Part shown: in pieces, positions 36,575-51,210 of the stretch
How the letters are laid out: every line of letters begins with the position of its first letter
How positions within the stretch are numbered: the stretch's first letter is position 1
From: Magallana gigas
Taxonomy: Eukaryota
Length of the DNA: 64,000 nt
NCBI RefSeq assembly: GCF_963853765.1
Contig: NC_088854.1
Span: 45,136,001-45,200,000, forward strand
Direction: 5' to 3'
Made by a program: the position numbers and the translations under genes
Notes under the pieces: model-generated
What the model was told of the DNA's origin: nothing
What the model saw: the letters and a program-made list of their open reading frames with translations, nothing else
Database searches by the model: none

Positions 36575-39500
36575 CTACAATTCACTAAAGTCGGTCCTTT
36601 CCTCCCTATTTCTTTGAGTAAAAGTAGTTTCATTCCACTTTATTGGTTGTCTACATCCCGGCCAATTATTGGAATTCTTTTTGTCGCCACCATCTAGATC
36701 TGTTGTTCGTCTATCACTGTATAAATCCATTCCTGTCAAATTATCCTCACTATAACTGTTCTTTTGTAAATTATCTTCGTCTCTGTCACCATGATGATCT
36801 GATTCTTGCTCACCGTAAGCGAATGTTTTTGGAATGGTTTCGTCACTGTTTCTTTGAATGTTTATAGCACGTCGATTTTCCGGACTGTATGCATTTTCTA
36901 AGTTGGTTTGGAGGACGTCCCCCTCACATTGATCATATGCTCTAAGGACGACGTTATTTGCATTTGAACAGGTTCCGCCCGTGTTACTCTCAACATCTTC
37001 TGCCGTTACACCGTTGTCTCGAGGAGTATCTCCATTTTGTTCATAGCTAAAAAAATATTTAATCAATTTATTTATTGCAATGCACATACGAAATGATTTT
37101 AATATCATCAACATCGATAATGCATTAATGTACGAACACCATTACTTTACGTTTCCACAATGTGGATGTAACACCATGACAGTAGAAATAAATCTAAACC
37201 TGTCTATAACTTTTGAAATTATAAATAGCTTCTTTTTACAAAATAAGATATTTTGTTAGTTAGATTACATTCAGTATAGAGATTAAAATTTGCTAAATGT
37301 GTCAGTCAAAAAAAAGGTTAAAATTTTTGTCACTTGCCTGAATAAGTCCAAATTAATGTTGTCGTTTTCTAGCGATGTTCGATAGTTTTCACTTGACGTA
37401 TCATTTGTATCATTAATCTCCCCAAATTCTCTTCCTCGTGTCCTATATTTGAAGCAACTTAATTATCACGGTACAGACACATAAAATAAACCATCACAGC
37501 AAAATGTAACGTCATTAAATATCATGCTTGTGAAAAATATCAAAATTTGAAGATGCTATAGAAGTAATTTAATTATTCATTAAACTTTAGAGTATACCTT
37601 CAATATTTATAATGATGCACTAATTCAAAACACTCACCATCGTTTAAGGCCCAATTTGATAAATGAAACTACCACTAATACTAAAACAACAATAGCACCA
37701 CAGGACGATCCTATATACAGCGGAAGATTCTCTGTAAAATAACAATAGTGTCAGGTGAGATAAATTCTTTTGAAAAACCCATATACATAATCATGCGAAC
37801 AAAATTTAAAACGGTCGATTGTAAAACATAATGAAGAAAAGGGGTAGATAAGGTTTTGAACTTAGCTTTGCTACAAGTAAAATAATCTTTCAGAACGACT
37901 TTATTCTTAAACTTAACTCATGATCGCATGCCAAGTGAATCCTTTTTTATGTAATGTAAACATCAAGCTTTGTACGCTTATACGTGTATATTTTAAAAAA
38001 TTGTTCACGTCAACAAATTAAATTGGTGGAAAGTTGATTGAATAAATCACCCACCCGCCTGAGATTCATTTGAGTTTGATTGGGTTGTGGTGACATTTCT
38101 TCTATCTGTACCTGTAATATGAATACATATGTACAAGTTACTATTATATATCAATGTAATAAACATTCTACTTTCCGAGAAAGTAACAATGATCAGAATA
38201 ACATTTGATTAACAGTGAAATACAAGTATTTTTCTTTTCAAAAGAATACTAGTATATTATAAAAATGATATCTATAATTAAGTATTTGGATTATTTTAAA
38301 ATTAATTGAAAAAAAACCTAGCATTTTACTCCATTTACTACCATGATATGTTACTCACCCACTTCAGATATAGTTGAATTTTTTGGAATTTGTGTGACAT
38401 TTTCACTATTTTTATCTGTAATTTAAATGAAGATGTTTATTTTTATACAGTATGTGACCAAGTTCGCAATTCACATGCTTCTTGGAGTTTTAGACCTACA
38501 AATTACGTTTACTGGTTCAGAATATACCAGATAGGATACGCTATATCTGACATTATTGTTATAGGCCACAGGTGCTTGTGGACAGGACCGTACACTACAA
38601 CCCCCCCCCTCCCTCTTTTCCAATTCTTTTTCTATATTTAAAAAAAAATATTTAATATCATTAACAACCCCTTGTATATGTCTCAAATCGAAAAACCAGA
38701 ATAATCACGACTCTGTGGCATTTTATATTGACACTCGTTTCCCTTATATATAAAAAGAAAGCTCTCTTTTAATATATAGGGGAGACGAGTGGCAATATAA
38801 AATGCCACAGAGTCGTGATAGTTCTGTTATTTTTCGACATATATAAGGGGTTGTTAATAATAATAAATTAAAGAAAAATAATAAAATATATAGACTAAAA
38901 ATTGGAAAGGGGGTGGGGGCGGCTGGGTAGTGCACGGTGCACGGTGCACGGTCCTGTCCACAAGCACATGTGTTATAGGCAACAAGAATTCAGATCGTTC
39001 TCGTCCTTAGGCTGATTAAATGATATGTGTACTGCGTAACAAAATGGATCATAACATTTCATGCATGCTTACTTTACTTCCACGTCAAAGTTATAATTGT
39101 TATAGAGAGTCTAGATGACTATCTATGTTTAAACACACGACTTGAAGACACTCAACTTACGATAGGTAGAACTAGCAATGTCTTTCAATTTTTCAAAATT
39201 TTGTGGTGAGAAAATTTTATATAAACATAATGTGATTATGAACTGAAAAGGAAAAGTTGCTGAGGTTTAAACCCTGCATGCCATGGTATATTGCAATGAA
39301 TAATGGGTATCGGGTCGATTGGAAGATGTTCATAGTGAAATACGAGATCATTTTTCTTGTGCCTGAAAGTTGTTTGAAACAAGATTAATGTAGTAAATAC
39401 TTCACTCACCTGCGGATATTGTTGACATAATTGGCATTTCTGTGATATATTCACCATTTCCATCTATAATATAGATACAGTTGTAACTGTTGTTTATAGT

Positions 39501-42500
39501 AAAATATGATCTGGAGTGAAAATTAAGTGGGTTAGTTTTTTCAGAAGAAATAATTTATTTTTTTAAAAACTTACTTATGAAACATAACGCAGAGTTCTTT
39601 TTACTACATGATCGGCTTTCTAGAGTACCATTGCACCCTAAAATTCTACAAAATGGTCGTTTAAATTTCTTTAAATGCTCCTGAGAATCTGAAAGAAAAT
39701 CAATCAAACCATCAGGCCCTAAAATTCATTTATTTGAATCTGTTCTAAAACCGAAAGAATAAATTTGCATAACAAAAACTATATTTAAATCGAAATCAGG
39801 TTATGTACCGTTTATTTTTCTCCAGATATATTCTCTAAATATTCCAGTCCAGATTGTTTCCGTTTTCATTGATTTCAAGGCTTTTGAAAGTAGGGCTGGG
39901 CTGTAGTCTCTTGGGTTAAAAATGGTCGCAGAAAGGTTTGAACATCCGTCTACAGCTTCACGATAAGTTGCATTTGCCAGATAGATGTATTCAACACTAT
40001 TATCTGTAGAAAAGAAGTTTAACTGTTTTACTTAACGTTTTTTGCATTTGATCAATTGTTTTGATGTCATTGTTTGATGATTGTTGAACAAAGAAAGATA
40101 CATAGTGTATCACAGTATAAACAAAATATGCATACCATGAAAGTATTGACAGATCACATGATGTTTTTCCTCACATGTTCTTCCTATGAATGTGTAACTC
40201 ATTGGGAATATCTCAAAATTAATGCTGGCTACAACACATTGCTTATCTGCATATTCCAAATCCTCTGCATCTATTTCAACATCTTTAACTACAAGAAAGA
40301 AAAAAAAGAAATGGTAATTTCATTTACGAAGTATTTTGTACCTCTAAGTAATTGCACCTAAAACTGACTTGATTCTTACTTGTGCTATACACTGCAACTG
40401 TTGCATTTTCTGAGTAATCGGGTAAATTTTTCTGATCTGGTAGACAGTGGCATTTATTGTTCTGTAAAAATATTAATTATTATTCTTTTAGAAAATCACA
40501 TTCAATAAATAATAATATAAATTATCGCTAAGTATTGTTGATTTTATTACATGTATTTGTTGCTAAATATTGTTGCGTATATGTTCTCACCAGTGATACA
40601 AAGTTAGGAAAGTCTGCGCATCGATTTGAACATTCATAAGCTTTTTCAGGATTTGTTGTTGGAATGAAGAAATTGTTATGAAATCCACCAATATACCCTG
40701 TAGCATTTGGTAAATAATTGAAGATAATGACGAAATAAAAAATAGTTTGAGTCAAAAACTGTTTTTAAGAAATTTGTTTACCTGTGTGCATAATCCAATT
40801 ACTGACAAATAATCCAGAATTTGTCCACGTTTCTTCCAAACTTTTGTTTTTCAGCATTTGTGTTACATTTGTAGCTTCCATTTCAGGCAAGTCATTGCTC
40901 CAAAGACTGCCATGGCTCTGTTGGCACTGAACAGCAGCATCACTATAGTTTTGATCTTGTATCACCTTGATTATATAATCTACATGTATCACATGACTTT
41001 CAGTGGAGGCTGTCGTTAAAGCGAGACTGGTGGTAGTTGTTGGAGCCGCGGTAGTGGTAGTAGTAGTAGTGGAAGTGGTTGTAGTGACCTTTTCTACAAT
41101 AAAAGGGGACATAAAGACAAGGAATCTACTTTATATGATCAAGAGTTGAAAATAAATCATTTACACTCAACGTTCGACACCTAAATCAACTACCAGTATT
41201 TGTTTATCTGTTTCAGTTTTGATTTGTTTTAAAATTTAAGACTCTTAAAGCTTACATAATGGGAAATATACACCTAATGTAAATAATTAAACAATAGAAT
41301 GCGTTCTTTGATGATTCATGTGGGATATAAATGTAGCGATTTTTGCAGAAAAAATGAACACAACCAGCTAACGCGGGTTCTCTATTTTTCTGCAATGTCG
41401 CTATTTTCATATCCCGCACAAATCACCAAAAATAGCATTTAATTGTTTAATTATCTACATTCGGTGTATATTTCCCCTTATGTAAGCTTAAAATCTGTGA
41501 CGTTCAATTTTCAATAAAACATAAGTTAACATTATCACGCGCTTTGAATAAATTAATTCTTGTACGATAAAATGAAACTTCCATTGCATTTTTATATGTA
41601 CTTTTCAAAACTATCTCAGAAAATTTTCCCGGCACAGTTTTTAGCACTATATTTCTGACTGCGGAAGCGCACTAAATAAAATATTCAATGGCTGTTCCAT
41701 CAATTATCGTCGGTCCTATGATACTCCAGGCCGTGCAGACTAATTATCAACGCTAACGCATCGTATCAACCTGGACAGCCTAGTGTCTTATACGACCGAC
41801 GAGTTTAAAAAATAAGCATTCAATGCAAATTGATACATATAAGAATTCTTTACCTTTTACACAAATGGAATAAGTTTTTTCTGTACAATCTGTCGTAATA
41901 ATTGTACCGTTTAAAAACATCTTTCTGCAGTATCCACCATCAGAAGCCCTATCTCGACAATCTTTAAAAAAAAAAAAATTATATAGTTTTAACTTATCAT
42001 TTCTTCTTTGAGTTTGAAGTTAATGACAACAATATTCTATTCAAATCGAACCTTTCCTTCTCAGATAATTTTTTCTGGTTATTGGTGTCCAGTACATTCC
42101 ATTTGCCACCCTACTATTGTATAGATGTAGATTGGAAAAAGAGGAAGCTAACGTGGCACCTTTATCGTTACAAAACGTTTTCGAATCTGTGAAATTCAAC
42201 AGCGTATGACTGGTAAAGTATAGAGAATCATTTGCTACAAAAAAAAAAGATTAAATGAGTTATGAAAATATATGAAGGTAAGTTCTGTTTAGATGAAGAT
42301 AAATTATCAATAAATTTATATTACCTCTTAGGCATAATGCTTTTAAAGATTCCTCACAATCTTTCATAGAAAGCAGATAGGAAACAGGGAAGACATCTGT
42401 ATTTATTACAAGTTGTACACAATCTACACCAACGGAAGGAGCAGTCGCTTCTAGTACATCTCCTTCCTCTTTAAATAAAATACAAGATTGTCATAATTCG

Positions 42501-45500
42501 TATGTAAAGAAAAATGATTATCAACAAAAGTAAAAATAAGACCTTCCAAACTGTAATTGAAATACTTACTTGATGAGTACAGAACAATTGTATGGTTTTC
42601 TAAGCTATCAGATCCATTATAAAACAAACTTGATATGTTGACACATCTGTTATTCTGTAAAATTTATTAAAATGCGTTTGAAATTCAAAGCAGAAATTTT
42701 ATCAATTATTTAGAAGAATTTATTACCAACATTTCCATGTACCTTTTAGAAATGTAATTTCATAAAAAAGTATTTACCATCATTCCGAAGTACCAACACT
42801 TCCGACACAATATCGCACAGTCATAGATATCCGTAACTTTCGACAAAGAAACATTCTGGAAATTAACTGAAAACGTCCCTGAAATTAAAGTAGTTTGCCA
42901 AAAGTGTAAATTAACAAAAACAAATCATTAGTGACAAATTGTTTAAAACATTTATTTGTTCTAACCAAGTAGGTACAAAACGTTGTTTCAATGGTCATTT
43001 AACTATACTATTTGGTTGTGGCGTCGATTATCAATTTTCACGCTGTTTCCAGGCTGATTTTACACTGTTGTAACAACGTTGAAACAACACAATGCCACAT
43101 CAGTGATTGAGTTAAAGGAAATAAATAATGTGGAGTTCACGCTGATTTTCATTTTAAAAGAAGCGTCCGTGCTTTAATCTTGGATGGCAATGAAAAAACA
43201 TGGACACGAATACAACTTGAGATTACAATTTTTGGAACCTTTTACCAAACGATTGTACATGGTACTTAAAATGAACTGAAAATCAGCAATCTCACTGCTT
43301 TGATTTTACAAATTCGGAATAACCTCGAGAATCAGTAATATTTAATTATGATATATTTTGCTCGAAACTGACAAGTTCTGACAAACATTTAAAACTGTTT
43401 TTCTGCCTTTGACTTTCCGCTAAATCACAAACTATTGACAAGCATCCCATGTCCATTGACTGGACGAATACGTGTTGAAATCTGTACAATTTAAGTTTTT
43501 AAAGCGGATGGTAAGTGTCAGAAGAATCTTAGCATAGTTGTGGGCATTGTCAGCAGATGTCAAACATCATAGAAAATACCTGCTTTTGTTTCTTTGACTG
43601 ATTTGGAATTTAGAAAATTCTGAATGAATTTAAAAACATCCCGATTTCAAATAACTTTCCAGTTGTAATGAATAATTTTGATCTGGGGGCATTTTTCAAC
43701 ACCGAGTATTGAAACCAAATGTGTTTGAATTAAGATCCTTAAAATTGTTGGTGGTAAATTTGTTGCATCGTGAAATTGGTTTCTTCGGTTCTAAAACAAC
43801 TCCATATTAAAAGTATATCAATGTTAACAGATTAACAGGTTTTCTTTTCTTCAAAAGAATTCTACATCATGGCACCTTCAGTAAACGGCTGGGGATTCAT
43901 TTTTTCAACTTTATTCGTGCTTATGTATGTAGTTTTTCTTAAAAACAGTAAGACCAAATGTAATCGTTTAAACCACTTTATTAATTCAAATACAACTTTT
44001 GTTTACTTTCCTTCTCTGTAAAGCTTTTAATTTTATGGTGTCATACACTGTTTAATCAACGTTTACGTTAGCACATGACTTGTTTTATTTCCCTAAGACA
44101 TAATGTTGCATTTCTTATACTGTACATCTAAGTGATTTTTTGGGGTATATCATTTTACCTTTGGAGTAAATTAAATAAGGATTATACATTTATACATAAG
44201 CAGGTATTAAACACTTTAACTATGAATATGGACGATATATGATATTCTCTTGAAAAATGTCGTGGCGTGATTTGCTTGCTTGGTACATGTAACAACTAAA
44301 GGTAAATTTTAATCATTTACAAAAATATAACATAAATGTATATTCAACGTCAGAAATCAACAAAAAATCAATGACCAATATAAGACACGGACATCGAATA
44401 AAGTCGACGTAATCAAACATTTTTTCTCTGACACTTTTGAATTGATATGCAACATTGTTTTGACACTTTAAAATTGTCGTTAAAAGTTTTATCATTTTAA
44501 AAATGTCATATATTTTTGTCATATATCAATAACAGACCTGCAGGTACAATCCAGGCTCCTGGGAACACTCTATAATTCAAGTAAATTTCAGTGAAATTTT
44601 GAGCATTCATTTCTTCAATTATATTGAAGTCGTTCTCGTCATTTTGGATTTCCTTGTCGTACAATGTATTTGACTTCAGACAGCAATCACTTGACGAATC
44701 AAACCAGTTCTTTTTATTCTTGTCTTCCAGGATTTCTTCCGTTGTTGTATGTACAGCTGTACCTGAATAACACTTTAAAATTTGAAGTGACTGTATGTTT
44801 ATTGATACTCCAGTAAGGATATGTTCAAGTGTGATATATTTTTTATATAATTCTCATCTTTCTCTCTTTCTTTATAAGAATCGACAATGGTATAGCCACT
44901 AAATTATGAGAAAAACACATTTTAAATCAAAAGGTCTATATACATTTGTATGTTTATATACATATATTTTATTGTTTAACAGTTGTGAATGGAAAAAAAA
45001 GAAATTATACAAAAATCAGAATAACCGTTAAAGGCATTTGAAATAAAAGTCGTTGTCGCCTACAAGCCGAATGAATGATTTATTTGTATACATGATAAAG
45101 TCAATCACAACATTTCGTGTCTGTTAAGTCTCAGTTATAATCCATACAGAGAATCTAGATGACAAAATATGTTAAAACACTCGAGTCTTAGACAATCAAG
45201 TTATGATAACTAGAACTAGCCATGTATTTCTCTTTGTGAAAAATAATTTTATAGCAGGATAGAAATCTAATATAAGAATGATGTGACTATATAAATCTAA
45301 TTTAAAATTTTAAAACCGAAAAGCCGAATTTTGAAAACGTTTTCACTACGCGACTTATAGTATTTAATGATGTTTTTGTTAATATCTATCATTATGTATT
45401 TAACATGTGGATCGGGGCAGTTGATCTTTGTTCATGTTAATATCCAAATTCCGTTTTTATTTTTCGAAACATTTTTGGATACGTTACCCACCCACTTGAG

Positions 45501-48500
45501 ATAATGTTGAAGTTGTAGGAATTCGTGTGAAATTTTCATATTCTTTATCTGTAATAAAAATAAATATGTTTATATCTATATGTGTTAAAGTTGCAATTCA
45601 TGTATTAATTTAAGTTTCAGAAATACATTCAACTGTTTATTGGTTCAGAATATATCAAATACAAGATAGTTCAAACGAAAATAACGATCATTAAAATAAC
45701 GTTTAATTAACAGCAAGCTATTTTTCTATTAAAATAATAATGTGTTTATTTCGAACATTTACTTATGAAGCACAACGCTGAATTCCTTTCACTACATAAT
45801 CGACTTTCTAGGGTACCATTGCACCCTAAAACTCTACAAAATGGTCGTTCGAATTTCTCCAGATGCTCCTGGAAATCTGAAAGAATTCAAATCATCATGA
45901 ATTAAATTACAAATTTTTGACTTTGTAGTAAAATTGAAAGCATCAATCTGCATATCGTCAGTATTAAATGAAATCTTACGAGGCCGAGTTGTTTTTTGGC
46001 GAAAAATACAGTAGGATAACTTTATTTCTATATCATTTGTTATATACACTAACATAAGTATTCCTGCTAAGTTCCTTGAAAATCTATCGTTTTGTTAATT
46101 TAAGGGACCATCACAAAATACACTTGCACTAACTATAGGATTGTTAAGGAAATAGTAATTGTTCGCACTTTGAAGCCGATAATAATTTAGTTTCAACATA
46201 TAGTTACATGTGTTTGGTGACACATTATCTACATTTATTAAAAAACACCCACTTAATTCTTCCGTCTGTTATTTAAAAAGGACCCTTTTATGTTTTTAAA
46301 ATGCATCAAATTTTGCTATTTCATAATGTACATTAAAATTTCGAGAATATGTTAAAAAAATAACAATAGCATAAAGTAGCATATTTCTGTGTAAATTGTC
46401 GAAGGCGTTTTATTATACATTTTCTCTTTGTAAATTCTTAAGAACTACTCATACAGAGCTTTAGTTCATAATAACGTCATAATGAATAATGATAAAGTTC
46501 GCCTACCGAACGACGGAAAATTTACCATATTTTAGTTTATCATTAATTTTGTTTAGTTCAATTCATTAACATAAATGGTGAAAAAAAATCATTTTTAAAA
46601 GGTGTAAAAACACTGTAAATACAATGTTAACCTAAGTCAGCTACATTAAGTTTAAATCGGGATAAATACCATTTATTTTTCTCCAGATAAATTCTCTAAA
46701 TATATCAGTCCATATTGTCTCGGTTTTCCTTGATTTCAGCACTTTTGAAAGAAGGCCTGGGTTGTAGTCTCTTGGGTTGAAAATCTTCGCAGATAGGTTT
46801 GCACACCTGTCTGCAGCTTCATGGTAAGTTGCATTAGGCAGGAATATGTATCTAAGAACATTATCTGTAAAAATATATGACTTATCTTCAACTTTGTTTA
46901 ATTTTCTTTTCATTTAATCAAAGTATCAATTATTTGCAGAGTTAACCTTTGACTCAAAAAATCTTCAATCATATTATCGTTTTATCAGACCAAAACAGTA
47001 ACAAGTTTTGTAGTTATTGTAGATATAAAAAATGTTTTATCATCATACAATCTGAGAACCAAATGAAGAATCTAAAGTAAATAAATTTATTTCTTTACGC
47101 TTTTGACTTCGTTTATTTCCGTTAGTATTCGTATTATCTGGTTTACTTCAATACTGGTTATTTCATGCATGACCGCTTTCGCTCTCAGTATAAATAGATT
47201 TCCCGGGGAGTATTCGATTAATGCGACGTTCGTTACAAAGCAGTATAGGCTGTCTTTGGTCTTCCCTACCCGCCCTGACCCAAATATGTTTTTTGAGATT
47301 AACTAATATTTTGTGTTGCCATTTATTTGTATGTAGAATGGATATTAAAAATGCAATTTTGTAACGAACGCACCAATCCTAAAAAAATCTGTTTTTGTTT
47401 TTCAACAAATTAGTCAAGAAAATATTTATTTTCGGAGGAGTGAAACGAGGGAGAAAATAAAAATATAAAAAGATATGCATACCATGAACGTTTTGACAGA
47501 TCACATGATGGGTTTCATTACAAGCTGTTCCTTTGAATGTATAACTCATTGGAAATGTCTCAAAATCAATGCTGGCTACAACACATTGCCTTCCTTCGTT
47601 TTCCAGCTCCTTGGCTTCTATATGGACATCTTTTACTACAACAAAAATATAATAAATTTAGAATATATTTATACAAATAAGTATTTGAACTAAAATTGAT
47701 GTTACATTCTTAAAACTGAACTGACTTGTTCCTTACTTGTACTATACATCACAGCTGTTGTATTTTCTGAGTATTCAGATACATTTTTCTGATCTAATAA
47801 ACAGTGGCATTTATTTTTCTGCAATAAGATAATGACTTTCCTTTTAAAATAAAACATTCAATGAGTTAAAAAAAAAATGAACGATACGAAATTATTTATT
47901 TGCGTAAGCAACAGATGTTCTCACCAGCGATTTAAAGTTAGGGAAGTCCACGCATTGATTGGCACATTCATAAACTGCCACGGGATTTATTGCAAGGTTA
48001 AGGAAATTGTGTTGAAGTCCACCGCTATATCCTGATAAACGTTTGTCAACTAGGTGAATTTCATTTCTAACTTCACACAAAACAATTAATATAAGTACTT
48101 TTAAACATTTTAAAGAAAAATATTTACCTGTTTGCATTATCCAATGACTAAAGTATAATCTATAATTGGTCCAAGTTTCTTTCAAACCTTTGTTTTGCAA
48201 AATTTGTGACACATTTGTATCTTCCATATCAGTTAAATCATAACTCCAAACACTGCCATAGTTTTGTTGGCACTGAAAACCAGCCTCAATACAATTTTGA
48301 TCTTGTATCACCTTAACTATATAGTCTACATGTATCACATGACTTTCAGAGGACCCTGTTGTTAAATCAAGGCTGGTGGTGGTGGGTGGAGTCGTATTAC
48401 GGGTAGTAATAGAAGTGGTAGTAGTATTTATAATAATATTCATAGTAAAATTCATAGTAAAATTAGTCGTATCAGTGGTAGTAATAGTATCAGTAGTTGT

Positions 48501-51171
48501 TGTCTCCTCCTTTTCTAAAATGAATGAAAATAAAACAAGTATCAAGTTGATTATCTCACAATATGAATCAATAATAATGGTAGATTGGTTAATTTGAATT
48601 ATAGTTATTCGCCTTAATTGACTTCTTTTTACTTGTTTGTATTCTTTAAAATTGAGTTGATAATTATATTTATTGCTAGGTTTTTAATGCAACTAATCAT
48701 CTTGAAAACATTGGCAAAAAGACTGGTAAAACAGTTTCAGAAGCATTTGATTTACAGGATAAAATATATCAAAGATCCTGCAAGTGTTCATCTTGTTTAG
48801 ATGACGCATTTATAGTTTGTTAAAACCTCTATAAAACATTTCCAAGCGATGTATTTCATACAATTTTACTATACCTTTTATACAAATGGAATATGTCTTT
48901 TCTGTACAATATGTAGTGACAATTGCACCATTTGAAAACATCTTTCTGCAGTATCCACCATGATCTGTCTCATCTTGACAATCTTTAAGAGAAAAATGGA
49001 TGATATAACTTCTAATTATCACTTAACATTAGGAGAAAGTATTTGAAAAAAATACCAGCACTATTCAAATTGAACAGAACCTTTCCTTCTCTGTTGATTT
49101 TTTCTGGTTATTGGTGTCCAGTACGTTCCATTTGCTGTCTTACTACTGTATAGATGCTGATTGGAAAAAGAGGACGCTAAAGTGGCACCTTTATCTTTAC
49201 AAAACATGTTCGAGTCTGTGAAATTTAACGGCGTTTGACTTGTGAAGTAGAAAGAATCATTTGCTACAAAAAGAAAAAAAGAAATACATGTATGCCATGA
49301 ATGATGCAAGATTTATTAATTCTTATTTTAATAACAAAAATACATACCTCTTAGGCATAATGGTTGTAGCAATTCCTTGCAATCTTTCACAGAAAGCATA
49401 TATGAGACAGGGAAAACATCTGTATTAATAGAGACTTGTACACAATTGACACCAACGGAAGGAGCGGTCGTTTCTAATATATTTCCACTCTCTAAAAATA
49501 CAATACAATGGTATAAAAAAGGATATTATTAATATTTTTATTATCAGTTTCAAAGGACAATAAACAGTTTGTTGATCAATACTTACTTGAAAAATACAGA
49601 TCAATCGTATGTTTACTTGCGCTCTCAGCTGCATGATAAAACAAACTGGATATGTTGAAACAACTGTTGTTCTGTAAAAATTGTACAATTTTATTTGATT
49701 GAAATCAACATTGCATTCTACATGTGTTTATATAATTCATAAAAATTGCGAGGGAATTTTGCAAAATGTCAATACAATATAATCATATTTACCATCATTC
49801 CGAAATACCAACACTTCCGACATAGTATTGCACAATCATAAATATCAGTAACTTCGGACAAAGAATCATTCAGGTTATAAATTGTGTACGTGCCTGAAAA
49901 GTTAATTAGTTAAAGTAAAAATATAGATCAATAATTCCTTTAACTAAAGTAATAAACATTTATTGGTTCTAATCCAGGAACAAAACATTATTTCAAAGAA
50001 GATTCGCGATTGATAAGACGATACATATTTATAATAGAGAAGTAACATTTTTGGACATTTCAGAAAGCCAACTATCTAACGAATTATAGAATATAATCTT
50101 ATAATTGGTAACGCAATGAGCGGGAATTAAAAAAAGGTCACATATTCTAACTGAGGAGGCAGAACGGCCTCATGTTTAATGGTTATACTTTTTACAAGGG
50201 TATGCTACTAATAAGGCAAATATCCATGGAATATGATAAAAAGTAACTATTTTTCAGCTTGATCAAAATCAACATGCGCTTTAGATTTAATGGTGTTATA
50301 AACAATGTCTTGATTTTTTTTTAAGAAACACGGAATCAAAATTTGAAGCTGTACCTATGGAATCAGTGTATGTTTCAGCCAGACATGGGCACATTACTCA
50401 AAAATGTAATCAATTAGTAATTGATTACAAAGGGGAATTTTGTGTAATTGATTATTAATCGATTACACTCATTTTTGTCCAGTAATCGATTGTAATCGCT
50501 TACTTTATAACATGCAATCGATTAATAATCAAATACTAAAAAAAATTCATTAAAATTAATGTGCATGGTACCTCTTTTGAACATATGTATCATATTTTAA
50601 AACTCTTTAAGTTAATTTGGTTTTAGAGTTAAAGGGGTATTTTCATTATGAATGATATGAAAATTTGAGACTTCATATTTCAATCTTCATAAGATAACAT
50701 TTTATAATTTCTACTGCTTATTCAAATGCCAAATTATAAGCAATTATATAGTCAGAGCTCTGTCATATAAATTATGTAAACAAGGGTTTTTTCTTGGAAG
50801 TTAACGAGTTTAGATGAAATATTGGCCTTGCGTCTTTATCCATCTTAATTATTCTGTTGTTATTGATAATATCTCGAGAATTGGAATTTGGTTAGAATTT
50901 TATAATTTTGAAAATATCATTGGCAATATGCAAAGAACTTTGAGGAAACCTTGCTTCATGATTTGAATGAATTGTGTTTGGAGCTTGTAATAATCATTGT
51001 TCCGATTTTTAAAATAGATCCTTCTTGGGGCTATCCTAATTGTTATCTAATCATTAGGGTAGTCACACCTCATTCACTGCTTTATGGATTCCTTACCCGA
51101 CTAGGACAAACACACTTAGTGACACTTACATACCCTTTTGTTTCTTTCTCTGGCAAAATAGACACAAAATT

Positions 51172-51210
<39 letters not shown>

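Noticed and set aside
44763-45762. Gene boundary making two tandem paralogous genes
   Set aside because: No TM, stop or signal-peptide exon found, and a phase-compatible linker micro-exon bridges the units. Only transcripts can exclude it fully.
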